This document shows, piece after piece, positions 20,391 to 28,955 of a stretch of 64,000 nucleotides of DNA. Position numbers and translations under genes: made by a program. The notes under the pieces are model-generated. The model was not told the origin of the DNA, ran no database searches, and saw nothing but the letters and a program-made list of their open reading frames with translations. Numbering within the stretch: position 1 is the stretch's first letter; each line of letters starts with the position of its first letter. This DNA is from Collinsella sp. (GTDB taxonomy: Bacteria; Actinomycetota; Coriobacteriia; Coriobacteriales; Coriobacteriaceae): the NCBI GenBank assembly GCA_014871745.1, contig WGSI01000002.1:24615-88614 (forward strand), in the 5' to 3' direction.

Positions 20391-21368
20391 CTACGCAGCC
20401 CTGCACGTAACACCGATGTCATCCAAGCTGCCGGGCGCGGTATCCGTCGAACGGTAAAAGGTAATAATCTCCGACCCGGGATCCATGGTGAACGTAACCG
20501 ACCTTCCATCAAAGGTCGCGTCGGAATGATTCGTCGCCAAAAATGGGTCAAGCTCAACCTTGTCGCCCCATGTAAGCTTGATTTTTGTTGGCGCGCCCGT
20601 AACGGTCGCGCGATAGTTGTAAGCGTCGAAAGCGTTGATATCCGAGTTCTTGTCGACCCACTCGCCCGAAACGCCCGAAGCCGTTACCTCTGCACGCTCG
20701 GAAGGCGCAATCTTGGCGGCGAGCCATTTAAGATTGGTGCCGGGGCTATTGGAGCCGACCTGGGCCTTAACGGTGAAGGATGCTTTGTTGAGGTCCGCCT
20801 TGGAAAATGTAACCTTATAGGTATACATGGTTGCACTGTTGGCAGGGAAGGAAAGGTCGACCGTGCCGCCCGCCGTCAGCGTGGGCGAACCGCTTATGCT
20901 CCAAGCTTTCGTCGTTCCCGTCGCCTTCACGCTCAGCGTCGCGTTAACGTCCTTGTCGTTGACCTTGTTCTTGTCGCCCAGCAGATGGTTGTAAATGCGA
21001 AAGGTAAAAGAGCAGTTTTCCCCACTCGTGTCGGCGATGACGCTTCGGACGGCAATACCCTCGTCATTCAGCGTCTCATTCGTGTAGCCCGTAAGCATGT
21101 CCGAGGCAAACAGCGCCTGTGACGTGCCCGAGACAGCGACCGACTTAAGGAAGTCGCCCGCCAAAAAGGCCGTGTAAGTAAGGTGGGTACCCGCCACAAT
21201 CGCGACGGCGCATAGCAGCACCGCAACCGCCCACAGGCGCTTGCGCATTTTGGAAGCAGGGGCCGCCGACTCTACGCAGCAAGGCTCTGCCTTAGAATCA
21301 TCCACCTGCGCAAAGTGCTTGCCAACAGGCCTCGCGATTTCATTTTGCTCTTTCTTGTCTTTTCGCAT
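20391..21368 (-). CDS. Secreted/membrane protein with SipW-class (TasA/camelysin-like) signal region, subunit 3
   Basis: GGAGGG RBS before ATG 21368. Hydrophobic helix followed by HLTYTAF, then a beta-rich mature region. Confidence 0.65.
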   Translation of the reverse strand: MRKDKKEQNEIARPVGKHFAQVDDSKAEPCCVESAAPASKMRKRLWAVAVLLCAVAIVAGTHLTYTAFLAGDFLKSVAVSGTSQALFASDMLTGYTNETLNDEGIAVRSVIADTSGENCSFTFRIYNHLLGDKNKVNDKDVNATLSVKATGTTKAWSISGSPTLTAGGTVDLSFPANSATMYTYKVTFSKADLNKASFTVKAQVGSNSPGTNLKWLAAKIAPSERAEVTASGVSGEWVDKNSDINAFDAYNYRATVTGAPTKIKLTWGDKVELDPFLATNHSDATFDGRSVTFTMDPGSEIITFYRSTDTAPGSLDDIGVTCRAA

Positions 21369-21391
21369 CTGGCGCCCCTCCCTTCTTGTTA

Positions 21392-22192
21392 TTAGTTGCC
21401 ACTCGTGCCGCGAGCAATTAGATAAACCATGTCGGTCTCTTTGACGTTGGAGACCGTCTTTCCGTTTACGGTCACAACGCCCGGATTCCATGTGCACTCG
21501 ATGATGAAGTTCGTGGCGGCGTTGGCTGTTTTGCCATTCCAGCCATCGAGCCCACTCCCTGCGAACTTGTGGTACCGATACAGCGGACGGGCGTTTTTCT
21601 GGACATTCACGTACGAGCCGTACGTCGGGTCGTTTGCCTCAAGCTCTTTAGCCAACGCACTTGTCCCGTCCGCGGAGTTGATAAAAGCAAACTCAATCGG
21701 GGTGCTGCTCTTCTTGCTCCATGAGTAGGTGCGGTTGAGCCCGTCGAGGCCGACCACAGTGCCGTTTTTATCGTTCGGATTATTGACCGTCACGTGATAC
21801 ACGTTGATTGTCAGCCCCGTGATATTCGTTGTGTTGGCAATCTGCAGCTCAAACGCTTGACCGCCGGCAGCGGGATCGCCATTGTCGCTCTGCACACAAA
21901 ACGCGCGACGAACGGTCACGGTGCCGTCTATGTTTTTAACATCGCCCCGTGACTCGTCATACGAAATCTCGATGGGCTCGATGCTCGTCTGGTTGGGACC
22001 CATGATCTTAAGCTGCGCGGGCGTTTGGATCTTGCCCACCGTAGACAGACTTTTGCTGCCCACAAACCACGAGAGCGACAAGCCGATGATAAGAGCGATT
22101 GCCGCCAGCAATATCAGGACCGCAAGGGCCTGTGCGCGGTGGTTTTCTATCCAATTGCGGGCATCGCCGAGGCGCGTTTGCATGGTGCTCAT
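21392..22192 (-). CDS. Secreted/membrane protein with SipW-class signal region, subunit 2
   Basis: Hydrophobic helix followed by GLSLSWF. ATGA overlap with the upstream gene. Confidence 0.7.
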   Translation of the reverse strand: MSTMQTRLGDARNWIENHRAQALAVLILLAAIALIIGLSLSWFVGSKSLSTVGKIQTPAQLKIMGPNQTSIEPIEISYDESRGDVKNIDGTVTVRRAFCVQSDNGDPAAGGQAFELQIANTTNITGLTINVYHVTVNNPNDKNGTVVGLDGLNRTYSWSKKSSTPIEFAFINSADGTSALAKELEANDPTYGSYVNVQKNARPLYRYHKFAGSGLDGWNGKTANAATNFIIECTWNPGVVTVNGKTVSNVKETDMVYLIARGTSGN

Positions 22193-23226
22193 GAGCTCAC
22201 GCCCTCCTGAGCGCTAATTCTAAGTTGGATGTATTTGACCTTATTGCCGATCTGCTCGTCGGCATTGTTGTACAGCGCCGAGCAGATGGCGGTGTCGCCG
22301 AAGGATATGTCAGCCGAAACCGCAGGAGCGTTGGCGGCACTCGTGCCGTTTGCCGCGCCATAGAAGTAGTTCGCTTTATGCGCGTTCATATCTGCCTGCA
22401 GAGCGCCGTAGTCAGACTTTGCGTCGCCCGCCGCCGCAAACAGGTTCTTGTAGTAATTCGTGTTGCCGGTAAGGACGAAGTTTTGGAAGTACTCCGGCCA
22501 CACCCAGTACAGGCTGATGGTGACGGGTTTGTTCGTTGGCTTGTTCACATCGCCGTTTTCGCAAAATTCGCACTTGCGAATCTCGATCTTGCTATCAACC
22601 ACGCGGCCCGAGTAATACCCGTTCTGGTCGCAGCTCGTAAAGAACAGCAAGTGGCCTTTGATCAAGCCAAGGAGCGCCTCCGCCTCGGGCGCCAGCGTTC
22701 CCCCGTCCCCAACAACGCCAACAGTGTTCGTGACCTTAAGCAAGCGCGACAGACTGATCGTGACCCCGTCCAGGTCACTCACCAGCGGCTTCACCGTAAA
22801 TGTAATCTTGCCGCGAGCACCCGGGTACAGAGAGCCCGCGGTCTCGTTGTTGAGGTTGGAGCCGAGCGTTACCGTCATGGCGTCGGTCGTATCCAGGCCA
22901 TCGATGGCATACTTTTCCTCGGGCGTGCGCTCGGAGCGCTCGTAATAGCCCACGTGCGCGCCGGACTCACCCTCGCCCGCGGCGGTCAGCGTGTACCGAT
23001 CCGCCTTCGCCCCGATCGTGCCCCCCGTGGCGCTCACTCGGTTATTCGCAGCAAACCAGGCCAGGCATGCAAAGATGGCAACGATGGCAGCCAGCACAAA
23101 CAGACCGCTCACCAGGAAATCCTTCCAGAAATCCTTGAGGGTCCGCACGTGCTCGTCGGCAGCTTGACGGTACTCGGCCGCTGTCTTGTGCTGCTGGAGC
23201 TCGCTATGTCGGTCCATGCCACTCAT
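22189..23226 (-). CDS. Secreted/membrane protein with SipW-class signal region, subunit 1
   Basis: Hydrophobic helix followed by ACLAWFAANNRVSA. LYPGARG and ISLYWVW resemble camelysin/TasA-like fold motifs. Confidence 0.7.
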   Translation of the reverse strand: MSGMDRHSELQQHKTAAEYRQAADEHVRTLKDFWKDFLVSGLFVLAAIVAIFACLAWFAANNRVSATGGTIGAKADRYTLTAAGEGESGAHVGYYERSERTPEEKYAIDGLDTTDAMTVTLGSNLNNETAGSLYPGARGKITFTVKPLVSDLDGVTISLSRLLKVTNTVGVVGDGGTLAPEAEALLGLIKGHLLFFTSCDQNGYYSGRVVDSKIEIRKCEFCENGDVNKPTNKPVTISLYWVWPEYFQNFVLTGNTNYYKNLFAAAGDAKSDYGALQADMNAHKANYFYGAANGTSAANAPAVSADISFGDTAICSALYNNADEQIGNKVKYIQLRISAQEGVSS

Positions 23227-23509
23227 CGCTTACGTTTGCCCTGCTTGCGGGCTTGCCATCCTTTTCCGCTCGGTCGCGTTTATCCGTTGTTCGCAGGTAG
23301 AGAATTCAGGCAGAATACAACACCATACGATAAGGTAAAAGAATAGCATTGACCTGCGGTTTGCTCCACGGCGCAAACCTTAACGATGTCTTAAAAGTCA
23401 AACCCTTGGCGCAAGGGGGCAGGTTACTTCGCGCCAACATAGCGCAAACAAACCTGACCACTTGCACCAATCCGTGGCACCGGGCAGCGGACACACGGCG
23501 TGCCGCCCC

Positions 23510-24814
23510 TTAACACCCCAACGCGCGAACGGGTATCACGTAGATACCGTCCTCGACCTCGCGGGCGTACTCACCCACCCCCACAATCACGGCCATAAAC
23601 TCCGGTTCGCGTGTGCGTGAACGAGGATTTCCACAGACCTTCTTGCGAACGCGCTTGAGGCTCTCGACGCCGGCGTTCGCTTTATCTTCACTCACCTTAA
23701 TCTCAAAGGCGGCCCACCGTCCGTCGGCTAGCTGCACGATAGCATCGCACTCAAGACCCGAATCGTCGCGATAATAGCGCACGGGCGTGCTATCCAGCAG
23801 GTCGAGCGAACGTGCGTAGACCGAAAGGTCGCGTATGACCAAATTCTCAAACACCAGACCAAATGTCTGCCAGTCGGCAAGCAGCGCCTGCGAGGACATA
23901 CCTAGCAAGGCGCAAGCAAGGCTCGGATCTGCCAGATAGCGCTTGGGCTTGACGGTAAAGCGCCGTTTGTCGCGCGCGGCGGGAACCCAACCGGGAACCT
24001 CCTCGAGAATGAACATGCCTTTGAGGGCATCCAGGTACCTGCGCACCTTGGTCTCATCGGCAAACGCTGCGGGTTCCTCCTCGGCACCGAACATATCCAT
24101 AAGAATCGTTTTATACGTGGTTGCCTGTCCCAGATTGCCCGCGATCGATGCGGAGACTCGACGAGCAATATCGGGGTCGAGACCGACCGCCGGGAAGCTG
24201 CTCGAAAACGTGGTGTTGAGATATTCGCGGGCGATGAGCTGGGCGTCAGCCGAAACCATATCGATCGCCTCGGGCCAGCCGCCGCGGCAAGCGGCTTCGA
24301 CAAGCCCCGGTGTATCGCCATCGCACCGGCAGGGCTCAAAACGATGCTCAAACAAGCCCGCCAGGCTCACCTTGCCGTTGGACTCACCTGTCTCGGCAAG
24401 CGTCATGGGGTGCATGCGGATGCGGCCGATGCGGCCAGCTCCACTATGCGCGGGCGCCTCCGCCTTTGAGCCAAACGCGGGCGTGGCGGAACCTGTGAGG
24501 ATATAGGCGCCGCGCGTACCCCGGGTGCGGTCAACCTCGTGTCTAACGTAGTCCCAAATCTGGGGAACGCGCTGCCACTCATCGATAATATGCGGACGGT
24601 CTCCCAGCAACATCATCGCCGGGTCGGCACGCGCGAGGTCGAGATTCTCGTCGACATACGAGACGGACGCCCCGTGCTCGAGCGCGGCCCACGTCTTGCC
24701 GCACCACTTGGTGCCCGCAATCTCGACCGCACCAAAGACACGAAGGTAGCGCTCGATTTGCGCATCCACGATACGTGGGATGTATCCGTCCCGATGTAGC
24801 CTCTCGCCTGCCAT
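23510..24814 (-). CDS. AAA_14 ATPase with DUF4143 (PD-(D/E)XK nuclease-like C-terminus)
   Basis: Walker A GTKWCGKT, Walker B IIDEWQ, ILTGSA, SGAGRI, GGWP, PKRYLADP and FENLV. C-terminal YYRD..GLECDAIV...AFEIK. Confidence 0.9.
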   Translation of the reverse strand: MAGERLHRDGYIPRIVDAQIERYLRVFGAVEIAGTKWCGKTWAALEHGASVSYVDENLDLARADPAMMLLGDRPHIIDEWQRVPQIWDYVRHEVDRTRGTRGAYILTGSATPAFGSKAEAPAHSGAGRIGRIRMHPMTLAETGESNGKVSLAGLFEHRFEPCRCDGDTPGLVEAACRGGWPEAIDMVSADAQLIAREYLNTTFSSSFPAVGLDPDIARRVSASIAGNLGQATTYKTILMDMFGAEEEPAAFADETKVRRYLDALKGMFILEEVPGWVPAARDKRRFTVKPKRYLADPSLACALLGMSSQALLADWQTFGLVFENLVIRDLSVYARSLDLLDSTPVRYYRDDSGLECDAIVQLADGRWAAFEIKVSEDKANAGVESLKRVRKKVCGNPRSRTREPEFMAVIVGVGEYAREVEDGIYVIPVRALGC

Positions 24815-24873
24815 GAGCCACCCCCGCAGATTTCCAGTTCCTGCTTTCTGATTCTTCTATTCCACTGTAGCAA

Positions 24874-24977
24874 ATTCGGATTTTCGGGTGGTTGCGATTC
24901 GGATTTTCGTGTTCATATAATTCGGACTTTCCTGTTCTAAGGATTCGGATTTTCGGATGCATAAGATTCGGATTTTC
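24874..24977. repeat. Five 12-bp direct repeats (ATTCGGATTTTC) at an exact 23-bp period upstream of the AAA ATPase
   Basis: Copies start at 24874, 24897, 24920 (ATTCGGACTTTC), 24943 and 24966, with 11-bp non-identical spacers. Confidence 0.93.
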
Positions 24978-25010
24978 TGAACCCGCTGGTCAGGGGCATC
25001 TCTTATTGGC

Positions 25011-25046
25011 AAAAAGACGGGGAGCACCGATACGGCACTCCCCGTC
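25011..25046 (-). terminator. Rho-independent terminator after bilR
   Basis: GACGGGGAG...CTCCCCGTC stem with U5 on the minus strand. Confidence 0.75.
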
Positions 25047-25072
25047 CACTCAATACGCGATGGCTTTCTCGG

Positions 25073-27109
25073 CTACAGCTCGTTGGCCGCGTGATACGCC
25101 GTGCGAATGGCGCTCGCGATGTCGGCGGTGCGCTCGCCCGAGCAGTCGCCCACGCAGGTCACGGGCACCGTCACGCCGTCCAGGTCAAACGCGTTGGCCT
25201 TGGAGCCCACGGCCATCACCACGTAATCGCAGGCGATCTTCACCGGCTCCTCGGCGCCGTCCTCGGTGGTGCGCACGGCCTCCACGCCCTCGTCGGTAAT
25301 GGCGGTCAAGCGGGTCTTAACATGCTGCTCCACGTTGTGCTCGGCAAAGTCGCTCATAATCAGCGGCAGAATGGTCTCGGACTCGCCCGCGGCAATCTTG
25401 TCGAGCATCTCCACGATCGCCACCTCGCAGCCGTGCTGCAGCAGGTACTCGGCAGTCTCGGTGCCCACCAGGCCACCGCCAATGACGGCGACGCGGCCAC
25501 TGAGCTCCACCTTGCCGGCCAGCACGTCCCAGCTCGAGACAACCTTCTCCGAATCGGCACCCGGAACGGGGATGACCACGTCGTGCGCGCCCACGGCCAC
25601 AATCGCGGCGTCGGCGGCGTTGAGGTCCTCAGCGGTAGCGGCATGGTTGAGCTCAACCTTCACGCCCAGGCCGGGCAGAATCTTCTCGTAGTACTCGACC
25701 GAGCGCATGATCTCGTCCTTGCGCGGAGGCGCGGCCGCCAGCACAATCTGGCCGCCCAGATGATCGCTCGCCTCGTAGACGGTCACGTCGTAGCCGCGCT
25801 TGGCCGCCACGCGCGCGGCCTCCAGGCCGGCAATACCGCCGCCCACCACGGCGATCTTCTTGTCGCCCTCGCCCGGCTTGATGGCGATGGTCGCCTCGTC
25901 GCCGTTCTCGGCATTAAGCACGCACGAGATGTACTTGCGGTTTTGAATCGCGTCGACACAGCCCTTATTGCAGTTGAGGCACTCGCGAATGGGCTCGCCC
26001 GTGGCGGCCTTCAGCGCAATGTCGGGGTCGCACATGAGCGAGCGGCCATAGGCGACGATGTCGGCAGAGCCATCCTCCAGGATCTTCTCGCCGGCCTCGA
26101 CCGAGACCACGCGGCCGACGGTTGCCACCGGCACGGAGACCAGGGCCTTGACGCGCTCGGCCACGGGCAGCGTCCAGTTGTAGGGCATGGCGCCCATGGG
26201 CGGAATGGTGTCGCCCATGTTGCCGGTGTGATTTGCCTGTGCAACCTGGATCATGTCGATGCCCGCGCCCTCGAGCAGCTTGGCAAACTCGCAGGCCTCG
26301 TCGGGCTGCAGGCCGCCCTTACCGCGCGGCGTGCCGTCGGGGTTCTCCATGATCACGGGGAGCTTGTACTCCACCATCAGCTGCGGCGCGGCTTCCTTAA
26401 TGGCAGCGACAACCTCGAGCGCATAGCGAACGCGGTTCTCGAACGAGCCACCGTACTCGTCGGTGCGCTTGTTGAGGATGGCCGAGCACAGCGAACCCAC
26501 CAGGCGGTCGCCGTGGACCTCGATGGCGTCGATTCCGGCCTGCTGCGCGCGAGCGGCCGAGGCAGCGATAGCCTCCTTGATCTGGGTGAGCTGCTCTACG
26601 CTCGCCTCGTTCGCGAAGTGCTGCATATCGTGGTGCAGCTTGGCGTATGCCTGCTTGCGGATCTCGTTGGACTCGGCCATCTTGGCGGCAAAGGTCTCCT
26701 CGTCACCGGCGGCCTTGGCTTCCTGCGCGGCCTTGGCGGCGGCCATGGATCCCATGACCATGCGGCCGACGCCGGGCACGTCGTACTCGGGGTGGAACAG
26801 CTGCAGCGCGACCTTGGCACCGTGCTTGTGGACGGCGTCGGCCAGCGCCTTAAACGTGGGGATCTGGGCGTCGGTCGCCAGCTTGGGCGTGGGGCTCGCG
26901 GTCATGACGGGAGCAACGTCGCCGATGACGATGTAGCTCACGCCGCCACGGGCCAGGCGCTCGTAAAAAGCCAGGCTGCGCTCGCCGATGGAACCGTCGC
27001 GCTCCTCATAGCCGGTGGTCAGCGGCGGGAACATAATGCGGTTTTTGAGCTCAAGGGGGCCAACTGTAATGGGCTGGAGCAGTTTGGATGCAGGTGCGGT
27101 CATGGACAT
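25073..27109 (-). CDS. bilR: Bilirubin reductase-like Old Yellow Enzyme family flavoprotein, long form (TIM barrel + 4Fe-4S + FAD/NAD domains); start may be 27103
   Basis: EVHGDRL replaces the usual OYE HxxHGYL. Also QLFHPEYD, LHHDM, RGKGG and QANHTGNMGDTIPPMG. CLNCNKGC...C cluster and two GxGxxG motifs. Confidence 0.85.
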   Translation of the reverse strand: MSMTAPASKLLQPITVGPLELKNRIMFPPLTTGYEERDGSIGERSLAFYERLARGGVSYIVIGDVAPVMTASPTPKLATDAQIPTFKALADAVHKHGAKVALQLFHPEYDVPGVGRMVMGSMAAAKAAQEAKAAGDEETFAAKMAESNEIRKQAYAKLHHDMQHFANEASVEQLTQIKEAIAASAARAQQAGIDAIEVHGDRLVGSLCSAILNKRTDEYGGSFENRVRYALEVVAAIKEAAPQLMVEYKLPVIMENPDGTPRGKGGLQPDEACEFAKLLEGAGIDMIQVAQANHTGNMGDTIPPMGAMPYNWTLPVAERVKALVSVPVATVGRVVSVEAGEKILEDGSADIVAYGRSLMCDPDIALKAATGEPIRECLNCNKGCVDAIQNRKYISCVLNAENGDEATIAIKPGEGDKKIAVVGGGIAGLEAARVAAKRGYDVTVYEASDHLGGQIVLAAAPPRKDEIMRSVEYYEKILPGLGVKVELNHAATAEDLNAADAAIVAVGAHDVVIPVPGADSEKVVSSWDVLAGKVELSGRVAVIGGGLVGTETAEYLLQHGCEVAIVEMLDKIAAGESETILPLIMSDFAEHNVEQHVKTRLTAITDEGVEAVRTTEDGAEEPVKIACDYVVMAVGSKANAFDLDGVTVPVTCVGDCSGERTADIASAIRTAYHAANEL

Positions 27110-27245
27110 TCCTCTCTTGTAGTCGCGGCGGCGATGGTGCCGCGTAGTTGTCTAGAGGATATGACATGGGGGTACAGCGGCACAACGGAAATCGGCGAAT
27201 ATCAGGTGACGGCAGGTGGATGGGGCGGGGCGGCCCGTCGGTTTG

Positions 27246-27623
27246 TCTCAATCTGTAACAGTTACTCGGCAAAAACCGGGTCTTACTGTTACAGATCAAG
27301 ACCTTCCTCTCAACCCATCCTCAACAATCTAGATCTGTAACAGCTAGGCCCACTTTTGACCCCCACCTGTTACAGATCGAGACAAACCAATCTAGCCTGC
27401 CGAAAGATCTCAATCTGTAACAGTTACTCGGCAAAATGGGCCCCAGATGTTACGGATTTAGACAAACGGGACCCGCCTGCTAGAAAATCTCAATCTGTAA
27501 CAGCTGCCCGGCAAAATCCGTCCCTCGTGTTACAGATTTAGACAAACGCGGTCCAAACCGCCGGTATATCTCGATCTGTAACACCTAGCCGCCCAAATCG
27601 GGTCTTGGTGTTACAGATCGAGA
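27246..27623. repeat. Array of 10 alternating inverted 15-mers (TCTCAATCTGTAACA / TGTTACAGATCGAGA) with 25-26-bp spacers
   Basis: Copies start at 27246, 27287, 27328, 27368, 27408, 27448, 27488, 27528, 27569 and 27609. Confidence 0.95.
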
Positions 27624-27674
27624 TCTTTGATTGAGAGGCTGAGAATTGAACCGAAGAAACGATCCCGGGATAAC

Positions 27675-27704
27675 AAAAAAGCTCGCCGGCTAGGCCGACG
27701 AGCT
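27675..27704 (-). terminator. Terminator downstream of the tRNA
   Basis: AGCTCGCCGGC/GCCGACGAGCT hairpin with U6 on the minus strand. Confidence 0.75.
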
Positions 27705-27713
27705 GCAAGTTCT

Positions 27714-27790
27714 TGGTCGCGGGGGCAGGATTTGAACCTACGACCTCCGGGTTATGAGCCCGGCGAGCTACCAGACTGCTCCACCCCGCA
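27714..27790 (-). tRNA. tRNA-Met(CAT), initiator type (fMet), CCA encoded
   Basis: Minus strand TGCGGGGTGGAGCAGTCTGGTAGCTCGCCGGGCTCATAACCCGGAGGTCGTAGGTTCAAATCCTGCCCCCGCGACCA. Three consecutive G:C pairs in the anticodon stem and a weak 1:72 pair. Confidence 0.96.
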
Positions 27791-27986
27791 ATGTCTGGGC
27801 GCCTCATGTGCGCAAAAAAGAATATTACGTGGGAGTTCGGTAAACGGCAAGGAAAATCTCGTAGAGCATAATTCCTTCATATTTAAACCCCTCAGCCCAT
27901 ATCACTGTAACCGAATCGCAGCCGAGCGCCGTCGACGGCGCGTATACAATGGTGCGCGTCCTTTTATGCCAACACTGGGAGTAGAC

Positions 27987-28760
27987 ATGTTGCTCGCTAT
28001 CGATATGGGAAACACGCAGACGGCCATGGGCCTGTTTGACGGAGACGAGCTGGTGCAGTCGTGGCGCATGCCCACCGACCGCTCCTATACCGCCGACGAG
28101 ATCCATGTGCGCCTGATGGGTTTCTTTAAGATGTACGGCCTTTCGCTCGACGCGGTCGACGCGATCGCCTTTGCCGGCGTGGTGCCGCAGCTCTCGCGCG
28201 AGTGGCACGCCGTGGCCGACCGCATTGCCGCGGACGCCATCGTCATCGGGCCGCAGACGGCCGCCGTAACCAAGCTGCGCGCGGCGCGCCCCCAGGCCGT
28301 AGGTGCCGATCGCGTCGCCAACGCCGTTGCGGCCGAGACCTTCTACGGCGCCCCGGCAATCGTGGTGGACTTTGGCACCGCGACCAATATCGACGTCATC
28401 GATAAGGACGGTTATTACATTGGCGGAGCGATCGCGCCGGGCATCCGCATCTCCATGGACGAGCTTGCCGCCCGTGCCGCCAAGCTCGCCAGCGTTCCGC
28501 TCGAGGCGCCGGAGCACGCCATCGGCCGCGATACCGAGGAGTGCATCAAGGTCGGCGCCGTAACGGGCGCCGCCGCCATGGCCGAGGGCTTGGTCGCGCG
28601 CATGAAGCGCGAGCTGGGCCGCGAGGACGCCACCGTTATCGCCACGGGCGGTCTCGCCGGCATCGTCGCCGATTCGACCGATGCCTTCGACGTGGTCGAC
28701 GGGCAGCTCACCATCAAGGGCATCTGCGAAATCTACCGCCGCATGCAGGAGCTGGGGTAA
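27987..28760 (+). CDS. coaX: Type III pantothenate kinase
   Basis: Motifs MLLAIDMGNT, VGADR, VDFGTATNID, GGAIAPG and VIATGG. Confidence 0.95.
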   Translation: MLLAIDMGNTQTAMGLFDGDELVQSWRMPTDRSYTADEIHVRLMGFFKMYGLSLDAVDAIAFAGVVPQLSREWHAVADRIAADAIVIGPQTAAVTKLRAARPQAVGADRVANAVAAETFYGAPAIVVDFGTATNIDVIDKDGYYIGGAIAPGIRISMDELAARAAKLASVPLEAPEHAIGRDTEECIKVGAVTGAAAMAEGLVARMKRELGREDATVIATGGLAGIVADSTDAFDVVDGQLTIKGICEIYRRMQELG

Positions 28761-28818
28761 GACGGGACTTAAGTCGAGCACGCCCGATGTCACAGCCCCG
28801 CAAACGTTCGCCAAGCCC

Positions 28819-28855
28819 ATTCCTCAAAAACGAAATTTTTTCAGTTTTGAGGAAT
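28819..28855. terminator. Hairpin between convergent coaX and the BirA-like gene
   Basis: 11-bp inverted repeat ATTCCTCAAAA/TTTTGAGGAAT. Confidence 0.5.
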
Positions 28856-28955
28856 AGGACCGAGATGCCGCGCTACGGTCACACAGAAGCCCTCCCCGGT
28901 GCAGGCCGAAGAGGGCTTCGTTGTCATCGTTATCTTTGAGCGCTGACGCCCCGCG

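Noticed and set aside
24874..24977. Plasmid origin (iterons) or mini-CRISPR
   Set aside because: No rep gene, DnaA boxes or AT-rich unwinding region is evident, and 11-bp spacers are too short for CRISPR.
27246..27623. CRISPR array
   Set aside because: The repeats are 15 bp and alternate in orientation, some spacers resemble each other, and there are no cas genes or leader.
7000..27713. Classical tRNA-integrated island or prophage with attL/attR
   Set aside because: No integrase, no phage genes and no second copy of the tRNA 3' end were found.
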